A stretch of DNA of 64,000 nucleotides from an uncultured Verrucomicrobiae bacterium (GTDB lineage: Bacteria > Verrucomicrobiota > Verrucomicrobiia > Chthoniobacterales > UBA10450). Each line of letters begins with the position of its first letter. The stretch's first letter is position 1. This document shows, piece by piece, positions 42,639 through 52,174 of this stretch. The notes under the pieces were generated by a model. That model did not search any database and was not told where the DNA came from. It was given only the letters and a program-made list of their open reading frames with translations. The DNA lies in contig CAVWPA010000001.1 of NCBI GenBank assembly GCA_963756875.1, forward strand, positions 64,001 to 128,000, read 5' to 3'. Position numbers and translations under genes: made by a program.

Positions 42639-43194
42639 GGAGCTTGGTGAGGTGCAGTTCTGTGCCGTAACCTTTGTGCCGGCTGAAACAGTATGCGGGG
42701 AATTCACAACAGAAGTCACGCATCATCCGGTCCCGCGTTACCTTGGCGATCACGCTCGCGGCGGCGATGGTCAGGCTGTAACAATCGCCGTCGATGATCG
42801 CCGTCTGCGGAAACGGAAACGGAAAAACCGGCAGCCCATCGAGCAGAACATGGTCGGGTGGCGGCCCGGCCAGCGCAGTGATGGCGATGCGCATCGCTTT
42901 GTGGCTCGCGCGCAAAATGTTGATCCGGTCGATCTCGACGGAATCGACCACACCGATGGCCCATTGGATCCCGGAATTAGAGATTAGTTCGCCGTAGATT
43001 TTTTCCCGCAGCTCGGGTGCGAGTTGTTTGGAATCGTTCAGCTTCCGGTGCCGGAATTTTTCGGGGAGAACGACCGCGGCAGCCACGACAGGTCCGGCCA
43101 GCGCGCCGCGGCCTGCTTCATCGATCCCGGCGATCCGCGCGATACCAGTGGCGCGCAGTTTCTTTTCGTGACGAAATCCGCAGCGCCGGCGCAT
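42550..43194 (-). CDS. rnhB: Ribonuclease HII
   Basis: GIDEAGRG, DSKQL, AASVIAKVTRD, HKGYGT, HRRSF. Confidence 0.96.
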   Translation of the reverse strand: MRRRCGFRHEKKLRATGIARIAGIDEAGRGALAGPVVAAAVVLPEKFRHRKLNDSKQLAPELREKIYGELISNSGIQWAIGVVDSVEIDRINILRASHKAMRIAITALAGPPPDHVLLDGLPVFPFPFPQTAIIDGDCYSLTIAAASVIAKVTRDRMMRDFCCEFPAYCFSRHKGYGTELHLTKLHEFGPCPIHRRSFEPVAQPLLALEEIAQA

Positions 43195-43279
43195 CGCGCC
43201 ACTTTATGCACAAATCGTCCGAGTGTTCACAACGAAAAATGGCAAGGGGTAATTGGGCGGCATCGGTGATAGCGTGGCG

Positions 43280-43565
43280 AAGTTCCAAATCCCAACCACC
43301 GGCCGCCTTCGGCGGAAGCGCCAAATCCCAAGCTCCAAACCCCAGGGAAACTTCAAATCCCAAGCTCCAAAATTCAAAAGAGAGGTAGGGACGCCGTCCG
43401 GCAGCCGCCGGAGCCGGCCGATCGGCGCAGCGCGCCGACCCTACCAGACGGAGGCCAATTCCCAACGCCGAATTAAAAGAGACGCGGCACCCGGACAGCT
43501 CCCTGGGTTTTGAAGGTTGAATCTTGGAGCTTCCCTGGTGCTTGGAGGTTGGAGCTTGGTGCTTC
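43280..43565. repeat. Inverted heptamer array enclosing a GGTAGGG...CCCTACC element (43384..43445)
   Basis: Same heptamer units as 39017 and 44034. Confidence 0.78.
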
Positions 43566-43597
43566 GCGCCTGGGTTTGATGCTCCGGGTAGGCGCGT

Positions 43598-43939
43598 TTA
43601 TTCCCTGACAGCCGTCGCTTCCTTGCCTTTGCGGGTGCGCAGATAATTGAGCCGGGCGCGGCGTGCTTTGCCTGGTTGGTCTACTTCGACCTTGGCGATG
43701 CGCGGCGAATGGACCGGAAACCCGCGCTCCACCCCTTCCCCGTAGGAAATGCGGCGCACGGTGAATGTTTCGTTCAATCCACGGCCCTTGCGGCCGATGA
43801 CGATTCCGGCGAAGATCTGGATCCGCTCCTTGTCCCCTTCCACCACACGCGTGTGCACACGCACGCTGTCACCGACCTTGAAGTTGTTCGCTTCGGTTTT
43901 CTGCTGTTCTTTTTCGATCGCGTCGATGATCCGGTTCAT
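43598..43939 (-). CDS. rplS: 50S ribosomal protein L19
   Basis: [37 protein letters not shown]. Confidence 0.97.
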   Translation of the reverse strand: MNRIIDAIEKEQQKTEANNFKVGDSVRVHTRVVEGDKERIQIFAGIVIGRKGRGLNETFTVRRISYGEGVERGFPVHSPRIAKVEVDQPGKARRARLNYLRTRKGKEATAVRE

Positions 43940-44033
43940 AAAGCTGCCCCTCGAATGTTACTTTGGCTCCGATAACGGGGCCGATATCTTCAGCGCGCGG
44001 GCGAAAAAATCAAATGAAACATGGAGGGGCAGC

Positions 44034-44166
44034 AAGCACCAAGTTCCAAGCACCAAATCCCAAGGAAGCTCCAAGCATCAAGCTTCAAATGAAGTGTTCG
44101 CGATCTCCCATTGTTGTTTGAAGATTGAAGTTTCCCTGGAGCTTGGATGTTGGAGCTTGGGGTTTC
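44034..44166. repeat. Inverted heptamer array
   Basis: AAGCACC AAGTTCC AAGCACC AAATCCC ... GGAGCTT GGATGTT GGAGCTT GGGGTTT. Confidence 0.8.
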
Positions 44167-44252
44167 GCGCAGGGCATCTCTCTTCGTCGCACCGCATACT
44201 GGAAAATTTTGGCGTGTAAAAGAACGAACGATGGCTAAGTTGCACGCCCTGC

Positions 44253-44326
44253 GCGCCCGTAGCTCAACTGGATAGAGCGTCGGCCTCCGGAGCCGAAGGT
44301 TGTGGGTTCGACCCCCGCCGGGCGCA
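44253..44326 (+). tRNA. tRNA-Arg(CCG), CCA not encoded
   Basis: Acceptor GCGCCCG/CGGGCGC, D-arm AGCTCAACTGGATAGAGC, anticodon arm TCGGC-CTCCGGA-GCCGA, GGTTCGA T-loop. Confidence 0.95.
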
Positions 44327-44389
44327 GTTGGGGCTTCGGGACTGCCCAACGCCGGTCGCCAATATCTGGATTGCCGCTCAGCGTTAGTT

Positions 44390-44620
44390 CAAAGTTTTGG
44401 CTATGATAGCTATGGCTATATCGGCGGCAATTGGGCCATCAGCCACAACACGATCCCAAACGTCTGTAACGACGAAGGCGACATTTACGAGCGTGAACGC
44501 TATAGCTCACCCAATCAGGACTTCCGCTCCCTCTTCAATTGCCCGCCGGGGGTCTATCAAGTCGACATCCTGGAGGCCGAGACGTTCATGAACGGGCCTA
44601 ACCAGAGGCGCTGTCCTTAG
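44390..44620 (+). pseudogene. Possible malectin-like domain fragment
   Basis: Reading frame IYERERYS...PPGVYQVDILEAETFMNGPNQR resembles malectin YxxERY...G.Y.V.L.FAE....PGQR; no plausible start, early stop. Confidence 0.4.
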
Positions 44621-44725
44621 GAGAGCATTCGGGCAAATCGCTAGTCGCTGCTGGAAAGCGACTTTTACTCAATCGAAAAGCTTGCTTTTGATGACGGTTC
44701 AAGTGCTCCGGTGCAAGGCCAAGAA

Positions 44726-44763
44726 TGTCCGATATCATGACACGAGTGTCCTATTAATAGACA
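44726..44763. promoter_or_regulatory. Two TGTC-N9-GACA boxes (putative bEBP upstream activator sites)
   Basis: TGTCCGATATCATGACA (44726) and TGTCCTATTAATAGACA (44747), 21 bp apart. Confidence 0.55.
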
Positions 44764-44806
44764 TAATTTTGGACGGTAATACGTCCTCCACCTAGGTAAA
44801 GGCGTT

Positions 44807-44823
44807 TTGGTACCGCCGTTGCT
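44807..44823 (+). promoter_or_regulatory. Putative sigma54 (-24/-12) promoter
   Basis: TTGGTACCGCCGTTGCT, GG-N10-GC spacing. Confidence 0.55.
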
Positions 44824-44839
44824 AACTGGGATTGGCCAT

Positions 44840-45316
44840 ATGTTTCTGCAAAAAACCCTACACATGAGTCAGTCGCTGGAAGAGTGCAAGGCGCGCTTCT
44901 CCAACATTCAGTCATACTGTCGCCAGTCTCTGACGCGTACTGAGGCGACCGTGACATCTTCCAAAACGGTTAACTTCAGTTTTAGCGGACCACTGGGCTT
45001 TCAAGCTCACACGGCGCTTCTGGCGGTCGACACCGAGTCGTCCGACGAATGCGCGTTTGAATCGGCGGGCGGTAACATTGATGTGATGGGCCTGGTTGAC
45101 CTCAGTGAGATCCGACCACACTGGACCGAGGTCACACTCATGGTGCATTACGACATCAAAAACAAGCTATTCGCATGGCTTGATCGGCGGTTGCACTTCG
45201 TCGACGCGTGCTTGAATTCGGAGCTCCGCAGTATCCGAGCACACTTCGAAGGAATTGCAGTGCCACGCGTCGTGCATTTGCCAATGCCACCGGTATTCGA
45301 AGCGTCTGCAATCTAG
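44840..45316 (+). CDS. SRPBCC/START-like hypothetical protein
   Basis: Beta-rich core with TEVTLMVHY and C-terminal helix; weak pattern match only. Confidence 0.55.
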   Translation: MFLQKTLHMSQSLEECKARFSNIQSYCRQSLTRTEATVTSSKTVNFSFSGPLGFQAHTALLAVDTESSDECAFESAGGNIDVMGLVDLSEIRPHWTEVTLMVHYDIKNKLFAWLDRRLHFVDACLNSELRSIRAHFEGIAVPRVVHLPMPPVFEASAI

Positions 45317-45367
45317 TGTTCAGCCATTTTATTTCTCTGCTAAGTCCGTTCGAATAAATCGAAGAAC

Positions 45368-46150
45368 ATGATCACACCTCTTGCTGAAATTGAAATCACC
45401 GCGACTAACGAATTCAGCGGCCCGGTTCACTTGGAGCGATTTCGGAGACCGGTCAGCTGCAAAGTTAAAGAAAACGTGCAGCGCTTCGATGCAATGCACG
45501 TCAATCTCGACGAACCAACCACGTCTCTCGAAACGGAGAAGGATCTGCCGCTTGGGCAGGCTTCGGCGCCGCTGCTCGATCCGGGGGTGCCATCGGACCT
45601 TGAATTAATGCATGGGATACAACGTAAAGATCCCAACGCTCTCTCCGAGCTTTATGACCGCTATAGTGGAATAATAAAAGCATTGGTTTTACGCGTAGTG
45701 AATAACGACGCGGAGGCGGATGATTTGCTGCAAGAAATATTTATGGAGATCTGGAATCAGGCCGGGAATTTCTCGGCTGGCAAAGGCAAGCCGCTGGGTT
45801 GGATGGTTACCTTAGCGCGCCGACGCGCCATCGACCGGCTAAGACAAAGACAAGCTTACGCCCGCGCCGGGGAGCGTCTGCAAAACGAGATTGACCAGCG
45901 ACAAAAGGCGTGTGGGAACGATTCCACGGCCGAAATTAACCTCGGCGATAAACGCCAGTTGATTCGCAAGGTGCTCGACTTGCTACCCCATCCGCAAAAG
46001 CAGGCTGTCGAACTTGCATTTTTTTTAGGTATGAGTCAGCGTGAAATCGCCGCGAATACGAATACACCATTAGGGACAGTCAAGACCCGGCTTGAATTAG
46101 GACTAAAAAAAATATATGAAGAGCTCAAAGGGTTAAGAGATGAACTTTGA
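45368..46150 (+). CDS. ECF sigma-70 factor (SigK-like)
   Basis: ALSELYDRY, ADDLLQEIF, RRAIDRLR, SQREIA..TPLGTVKTR; start may be later. Confidence 0.9.
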   Translation: MITPLAEIEITATNEFSGPVHLERFRRPVSCKVKENVQRFDAMHVNLDEPTTSLETEKDLPLGQASAPLLDPGVPSDLELMHGIQRKDPNALSELYDRYSGIIKALVLRVVNNDAEADDLLQEIFMEIWNQAGNFSAGKGKPLGWMVTLARRRAIDRLRQRQAYARAGERLQNEIDQRQKACGNDSTAEINLGDKRQLIRKVLDLLPHPQKQAVELAFFLGMSQREIAANTNTPLGTVKTRLELGLKKIYEELKGLRDEL

Positions 46151-46376
46151 GGCGTTCCAAAGCTATTCGCGGCTTTATGTGATAGGCACCCTTGAGCCCG
46201 AGGAACTCGAAGAGTTCGAAGAAGCGCGAAAGCATTTTGGTCAGCAAGCCGAAGATTTTATCCGCGACTGCTATGCGTTGCATGAAGCCTTTGCCCTTAG
46301 CCTTAAGCCGGCCAAATCCTCAGCCTCTCTCAAAGATAGGTTAATGTCGATGGTGCGCGAAAAGCAGCGGCGTTAA
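46140..46376 (+). CDS. Putative soluble anti-sigma domain protein
   Basis: LYVIGTLEPEELEEFE ... LKDRLM, typical of ASD N-termini; overlaps sigma 3' end. Confidence 0.65.
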   Translation: MNFEAFQSYSRLYVIGTLEPEELEEFEEARKHFGQQAEDFIRDCYALHEAFALSLKPAKSSASLKDRLMSMVREKQRR

Positions 46377-46483
46377 TCGCCGGAGTTTCCCGGTATCCAT
46401 TGGTCCACCCAGACTAAAATTCCGCAGGTGAATGGCAGAAGCGTCGGCCCGTTTCTTCTGTCTCTGCACCGCAATCGACTTTG

Positions 46484-47877
46484 TCACAGCTCGATGGCGT
46501 AACGCTTCATTTTGTTATAAAGCGTCGGCCGCCCAATTCCGAGAAGCCGTGCCGCCTTCTTCTTGTTGCCGTGGCATCGCGCGAGCGCTTGCAAAATGGT
46601 CGCGCGCTCAACGTCATCGAGACTTAGCGCTCCATGCCACGGCTCAGTGCCACGCTCACTTTGTTGCAGCACCATTGGCAATTGCACTTCGGCCGGAAGT
46701 TCCTTTACGCCGATGAGATCTTGACGCGCCAACACGACTGCGTATTCCATCGCGTTTTGCAGCTCACGCACGTTGCCGGGCCACGTGTAGTCGAGCAGCT
46801 TTTCGAAAGCATCGGGCGCAATCGCCGGCTCCCGCTTTCCTAGTTGCTGCGCGAATTGTTTTACGAAAGAGGCGATGAGCGGCGGAATATCCTGCTTCCT
46901 ATCACGAAGCGGCGGTACTTCGATCTGAAATGTGTTCAGCCGGTAATACAAATCCGGACGCAAGCGCTTTTCGGCTAACGCTTGAGCAATCGGTCGATTC
47001 GTCGCTGCGATCACGCGGAAATCAACTTTCAGCGTTTCTGTGCTTCCAAGTGGTCGGTATTCACGTTCCTGCAGCACACGGAGAAAACGTGTCTGCAGTT
47101 CGATCGGCATATCAGAGATTTCGTCCAGAAACAGGGTGCTCCCTCCTGCCTCACCAATCATTCCGGTGAAATCGTTGGTCGCGCCGGTGAAAGCACCTTT
47201 TACGTACCGAAAAGCTCTCCTTCGATCATGGCTTGCGGAAACGCCGCGCAATTGAGTTTTACCATCGGCTTGGCCGCGCGGCGGCTGCGATGGTGAATCA
47301 TATTGGCAATCACTTCTTTGCCCACACCACTCTCGCCTGTGATGAGCACATTCGCTTCGGAAGGTGCCATGGCGTTGATTAACTCTTCGATTTCCTGCAT
47401 CGGCTTGCTTTTGAAGACTGGAGTAAGCCGCGTCTCGGCAATCTCGAGACGCTTCTCCAACTGCGCCGTCTTTTCTCGAAGTTCCGCCGTCTCGCGAAGC
47501 AATGTCTGTTTTTCCAACGCTTTCTCGACCAGACTGAGCAATTCCTCCGGAGCGTATGGTTTGCTGATGAAATGATAAGCACCGCGCTTGATCGATTCGA
47601 TCGCGTTGCTCAAAGAATCGTGCGCCGTCAGAATGATGACCGGCGTTTCTGGATGCTCGCTTTTGATTTGGTCGAGCATTTGGAATCCTTCTGCGTCAGG
47701 TAGTTGCAAATCGAGTAACACCAAGTCGGGCGATTTATTCTTCAATGCGCGCAAGCCTGTGGTCGCAGTTGCGGCCGTCTCCGTTTGATAACCGTGTCTG
47801 CCCAGAAGCGCCTCGAGTGTGAGAAGGATCGATCGCTGGTCGTCAACAATCAGGATTCGACGATTCTCCGTCATCAT
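46484..47877 (-). pseudogene. NtrC-family sigma54-dependent response regulator, 1-nt frameshift near 47205
   Basis: REC + GESGVGKE in one frame; GAFTGA, LDEI, WPGNVREL, HTH in another; GGTAC where GGT TAC expected. Confidence 0.85.
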
Positions 47878-47990
47878 AATGACTGCTTGTGCTCCACCAG
47901 CGGCAACGGCATGCTTGTGAGCAGCGCCAACCCGGGCGGATCATCCCGAGCGCGCAATCCGCTGTTGTGGGCCTCGACAATAACGCGCAT
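47874..47990 (-). pseudogene. Histidine kinase HATPase C-terminal remnant
   Basis: MRVIVEAHNSGLRARDDPPG...LPL, with stop overlapping regulator start (ATGA). Confidence 0.5.
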
Positions 47991-48204
47991 GAGATTTAGA
48001 TCAAGATTGTAACAGCCCCAGCCGAACTTGTGAAGTGGCTCGCGATCCTAATTTTCCCGTGGAGGTTGAGCGCCTTTGGGTCCCCGAAGCACGAACACAA
48101 AAAATTACCCGAACGTATGGGGTGATTTCGCGCGAGGCCCTGGCGCTTCGTCCTTGACGGTCGAGGTGAGAGGTTGAGCATCTTCAGCGAAGGTTAAGTT
48201 TTCT

Positions 48205-48417
48205 ATGGCGGCCCCCACCAAGCGTGCAGAGCGGGAACTGATCCGGGCCAAGGAAGCGCTGAAGCGGAGGACCGAGGAACTCGCCAACTCGCTCTTGGGA
48301 GATCTACGCGTGTTCCGGGTGATCGGAACTCTGGTGGGTATCAGCCTGATCTTCAGCGGTGTCTCCAGATTTATGCTTTCAATGGCCATCCGCAGGACAG
48401 GCGCTGCGGCAGCATAA
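48205..48417 (+). pseudogene. Chimeric remnant: kinase coiled-coil linker + HdeD-like membrane protein C-terminus
   Basis: KRAERELIRAKEALKRRTEELANS joined to VIGTLVGISLIFSGVSRFML. Confidence 0.4.
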
Positions 48418-48503
48418 TTTTGGGAGCTCTCGCTCCGCGCGCGCTGCCGGCGAAAGCAGCCCCAGGGAGCGCCTGCGGCCCGTCAACAAACCGTTCAAGA
48501 ATC

Positions 48504-48527
48504 GCAGGCGACACGCCTGCCGCTACA
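48504..48527. repeat. Family-A REP single unit
   Basis: GCAGGCGACACGCCTGCCGCTACA. Confidence 0.8.
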
Positions 48528-48544
48528 GCAGAATCGCAGGCGAT

Positions 48545-48875
48545 CTACGCCAGCGCTTCGATCCGGTTGAGCAAATCCTTCTTGCTCGTCATTCCGGTAA
48601 CTTGGTCGCGAAGCTGGCCATTCTTGAAAAGGAGCAGCGAAGGAATGGCCCGGATATTGTCACTTGGAGGAGAGGCTCTGGTTATCGTCCACGTTGACCT
48701 TGGCCACTTTGAGCGCGCCCGCTTTTTCCCTGGCGATTTCGTCGAGCAGCGGCGCAATCAGTTTGCATGGGCCGCACCATTCCGCCCAAAAATCGACCAG
48801 CACCGGCTTGTCGCTATGCACTACTTCCTGGTCAAAATTCGATTCGTTCAGATTAATCGTCTCTGAGTTTTCCAT
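48545..48875 (-). pseudogene. trxA: Thioredoxin with apparent 1-nt insertion near 48661 (pseudogene or sequence error)
   Basis: [19 protein letters not shown] where AAG TAC AAT (KYNIRAIP) expected. Confidence 0.85.
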
Positions 48876-49480
48876 CAGGAAATGTAATTCAAGATTTGAA
48901 TAATCAAAACGACCGCGGAGACACCAAGGAGAGCCCAGTAAAATACGCCGGGGACTTCCTCGAAAACCGGGCTGTCACCGGTGCTCGGGCTTGGACCCGC
49001 CTCGCTTGCCGCCGTCGTCATGATCGGTGCGGCGGGCGCGGAGCTCGCGGGCATGTCGATCAGCGGCTGGGTCTTTTTCATCTGCACCGCGGGACCGGCT
49101 GTCTTTACCGGATCCGGGAGCACTGTGATTCGTGCCGTTTCTTTTTTCAGGCTGGTCGCTGAAGGAGTGGCAGGCGCAGGTGCGGGCGCAGCGCTTGAGG
49201 CGGGCGCATTCGACTGACTTGGCGACGCGCCTGGCGGCGGCGGAATAAAACGCGGCGCCTGGACGGGTTTGCTCGGCGCGGGAGGGACCAATGTCCTGGC
49301 CATGGGAGGACGAGGAGCGCCTTCACGAGGCGGATTAGCGGGTGGGAGAGGCGCGCTCACGGGTGGACGCGTCGGTAAAGTGATTCGCACCGTGTCGCGC
49401 CCTTCACCGGCCTTCGCCGGTTGCGGCGGCGGAACCGCGATGCGGACCGTCTCTTTTTTTGGTTCAGTCGGCTCGGCCAT
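48875..49480 (-). CDS. Pro-rich disordered protein with C-terminal TM anchor
   Basis: Repeated KKETVRI/RDTVRI/KKETARI motifs; stop overlaps trxA start. Confidence 0.7.
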   Translation of the reverse strand: MAEPTEPKKETVRIAVPPPQPAKAGEGRDTVRITLPTRPPVSAPLPPANPPREGAPRPPMARTLVPPAPSKPVQAPRFIPPPPGASPSQSNAPASSAAPAPAPATPSATSLKKETARITVLPDPVKTAGPAVQMKKTQPLIDMPASSAPAAPIMTTAASEAGPSPSTGDSPVFEEVPGVFYWALLGVSAVVLIIQILNYIS

Positions 49481-49633
49481 GAGATTGTTAATGCAATTAA
49501 AGATTGCCCGAAAATGCCCGCTTTGTCACTGGTTAACTTAAAAAACAACCTCTTCGCAACCGGCGGAGCCGTGTAATCAATGGCGCAATTCGGAGGCATA
49601 GGGCAGGTGGAGCGCCCGCCCTACAATGATTGC

Positions 49634-51181
49634 TCAGGCGAGCAGATCGTAGCCGCGGCTTCCGGATATTCTTCGGCGCACGAATTCGCCCACGGGCGCC
49701 GCTTCTGACAGAACGACGCGCGCATCGACGTCCGGCGCGTCCGCTTCGGTCCGCGCAATAAGCGGTTGGTCTACCAGTAACTTCAATTCGCAGCCAATCT
49801 TTGCGGAGGCAATTTCGTGCGCGATCTTTTGCTGAAGGGACATCGCGGCCCGGTACCGGGCGTTTTTCGTTTTCGCGGGAACCTGCTCCTCCATCTTCGC
49901 GGCGCGCGAGCCCTCTTCCCGGGAATACTTGAAAATACCGAGTCGTTCGAATCGCGTACGCTCGATAAAATCCATGAGCGTTTCGAATTGCCGGTCTGTT
50001 TCTCCCGGGAAACCAGCGATAAACGTCGTGCGCAACGCCACGCCCGGAATTCCCGCGCGCAATCTGTCGATCAGATTCTCGATGTGTTCTCGCGACGTTT
50101 CCCGGCGCATTTGCGCCAGCATCGTTTCGTCGATGTGCTGAAGCGGGATATCGATGTAACGGGCGACCTTGTCGCATTGCGCGACGGTCTCGATTAATTC
50201 GTCGCTCCAGTGCGCCGGATGAGTGTAAAGAAGCCGCACCCAAAATTCGCCGTCGATCTCCTGTATTTCACGCAACAGTCCGGCAAGGGTCGGGCCACGC
50301 GAAGAATCGACCGCCTGCCGTGGCCCCGCCTTCTCGCTCCACAAGTCCATTCCGTAGTAGGTTGTATCCTGGCTGATCAAATTAATTTCGCGCACGCCTT
50401 CGGCGACGAGCCCGCGGAGTTCCGCCAGCACGGACTCGGGCGAACGGGAGCGATGTTTCCCGCGCATTTGCGGAATCACGCAAAAACTGCACGGATGATT
50501 GCACCCCTCGGCGATTTTTAGATAAGCCGAGTGAGCGGGCGTAAGTCGAAACCGCGGCGTATCGTAATCGGGAATGTAATGGGGACGCGCGGTGACAAAA
50601 TCAAGAGGGCTCTGTTCATCGTGCGAAATAGAAGAAACGCCGAACGTCCAACGCCCAACGTCCAACGCCGAAGTCTGATTCGGCCCGGCGTTGCCTGCGT
50701 TGGGCGTTGGGCGTTCGACGTTGAGCGTTCGGCGTTTGCTTATGATTTTCTCAACAATCGCTCCCAATTCGCTCACCTGGTCCAGCCCGATAAAGGCATC
50801 TACCTCCGGCAGAGCTTCGCGCAATTCCCGCGCAAAGCGCTGCGACATGCAGCCGCTGACGATCAATTTTTGTTCCGGCCGCTTTTGCAGGCCGCGACGT
50901 TGATGCGCTTCAAGGATCGCGTTGATCGATTCTTCCTTGGCGGAATCGATAAACGCACAAGTGTTCACCACCAGAACGTCGGCTTCCTCCGCGCTCGAAG
51001 TGATTTGCATTCCTCGCTGCAACACACTTCCCAGCATGATCTCCGCGTCGACCAGGTTCTTCGCGCAGCCGAGGCTGATCATGCCGACCTTCGGCGGCTT
51101 TGGTGGCAGGCGTGTCGCCTGTTTCCATTCGGGGTTCGCAGCCGACACGGCTGCCTCTACAGAAGAATCATCTTCGCGCAT
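49634..51181 (-). CDS. rimO: Ribosomal protein S12 methylthiotransferase, with two repeat-derived insertions
   Basis: SLGCAKNLVD, NTCAFI, KIAEGCNHPCSFC, APDVD. Confidence 0.95.
   Translation of the reverse strand: MREDDSSVEAAVSAANPEWKQATRLPPKPPKVGMISLGCAKNLVDAEIMLGSVLQRGMQITSSAEEADVLVVNTCAFIDSAKEESINAILEAHQRRGLQKRPEQKLIVSGCMSQRFARELREALPEVDAFIGLDQVSELGAIVEKIISKRRTLNVERPTPNAGNAGPNQTSALDVGRWTFGVSSISHDEQSPLDFVTARPHYIPDYDTPRFRLTPAHSAYLKIAEGCNHPCSFCVIPQMRGKHRSRSPESVLAELRGLVAEGVREINLISQDTTYYGMDLWSEKAGPRQAVDSSRGPTLAGLLREIQEIDGEFWVRLLYTHPAHWSDELIETVAQCDKVARYIDIPLQHIDETMLAQMRRETSREHIENLIDRLRAGIPGVALRTTFIAGFPGETDRQFETLMDFIERTRFERLGIFKYSREEGSRAAKMEEQVPAKTKNARYRAAMSLQQKIAHEIASAKIGCELKLLVDQPLIARTEADAPDVDARVVLSEAAPVGEFVRRRISGSRGYDLLA
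50635..50737. repeat. Inverted heptamer array (AACGYCS) inside rimO
   Basis: Five AACGYCS units, spacer, then complementary units. Confidence 0.85.
51099..51161. repeat. Family-A REP doublet in rimO N-terminus
   Basis: GGCAGGCGTGTCGCCTG ... GCAGCCGACACGGCTGCCTCTACA. Confidence 0.88.
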
Positions 51182-51193
51182 GATCCCGGCCCG

Positions 51194-52156
51194 TTATTCG
51201 ACGGTGACATCGCTGTCGCCTTCCGCGATCAGCTTTCCGTTTTTTCTGATCTGAATCGCGTCGCGATCCAGGACCCGCACGGCGATGTGTTGCCCGCTAA
51301 ATTCCATTGCCCCGTCATCTGGAGAAATCCAACGCTCGAAAGGCGGTTTCTTTGTTCCGCTATCGACCACTACCTTGATGTAAGTTTTCTTGAGCGGCTT
51401 GATTGTTACGTGATTTGGCCCGCCTGATTCAGCGGCCTTCTCGGTCGCGCCGGCTTTCGCCAAATCCTCCGGGCGCACGGGTTCTGCTCGACGGATCACC
51501 GGCTCTTTTGGCGCCGGCGTGGAGATAGGCGCCGCGGTTGCCGCGCTGGCGAGGACAGGAGAATTGGCCGCAACGGGAGCAGCCGCCGTCGGAACGGCCG
51601 TTGGCAAAGGCACAACCTTCCTTGGCGTGTTTGCGGGCGCCACCGCATGCGGCGTCGCGCGAGGCCCGGTAATCACCGGCGGTTGCACGGGCGATGAGAC
51701 TTCGGCTACGCCGATCCGTTCCTCTTTCCGCGGTGCGAGCCTTTGAATATTGAGAAACAATCTCATGAGGAGAAATCCGATGAGAATTGCCCCGACGGCG
51801 ATAATCAGCGGCCACGACGACGAGCGACCCGTTCTGGGACGGCGAACCCGCGGAGCGCGCTCCCTTCGTGACACCGGCGCAGGTTCCTCCTGCAGGTAGG
51901 AATAACCGTCCACCGTCACTTGCGCGGGTGTCTCAAACATCTCCAGATAAGGACTCACGTCGACATCAAGAAACTTTCCATAAATGAGAAGAAAACCCTT
52001 CGCGTAGGCCAAACTGGGAAATCGCGAAAAATCGTCGGCCTCGATCTCCGCCAGACGCGACGGGCGGATCTTGGTCATCCGAGCGGCTTCGTCCAGAGTC
52101 AGGCCTCGAGCCATGCGGGCTTCCTGAAATTTTTTTCCGAGACCTTCGATGGACAT
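51194..52156 (-). CDS. rodZ: RodZ-like HTH membrane protein
   Basis: N-terminal HTH (YAKGFL), single TM, Pro/Ala linker, C-terminal beta domain; between ftsK and rimO. Confidence 0.8.
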   Translation of the reverse strand: MSIEGLGKKFQEARMARGLTLDEAARMTKIRPSRLAEIEADDFSRFPSLAYAKGFLLIYGKFLDVDVSPYLEMFETPAQVTVDGYSYLQEEPAPVSRRERAPRVRRPRTGRSSSWPLIIAVGAILIGFLLMRLFLNIQRLAPRKEERIGVAEVSSPVQPPVITGPRATPHAVAPANTPRKVVPLPTAVPTAAAPVAANSPVLASAATAAPISTPAPKEPVIRRAEPVRPEDLAKAGATEKAAESGGPNHVTIKPLKKTYIKVVVDSGTKKPPFERWISPDDGAMEFSGQHIAVRVLDRDAIQIRKNGKLIAEGDSDVTVE

Positions 52157-52174
52157 GTTTTGGGGGCTTTCCGG

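Noticed and set aside
39017..44166. Periodic repeats as a CRISPR array
   Set aside because: Units are 6-8 nt and degenerate, there are no unique spacers, and no cas genes are present
44327..48500. Intact prophage or integrative element at tRNA-Arg
   Set aside because: No integrase, phage genes or att duplication visible
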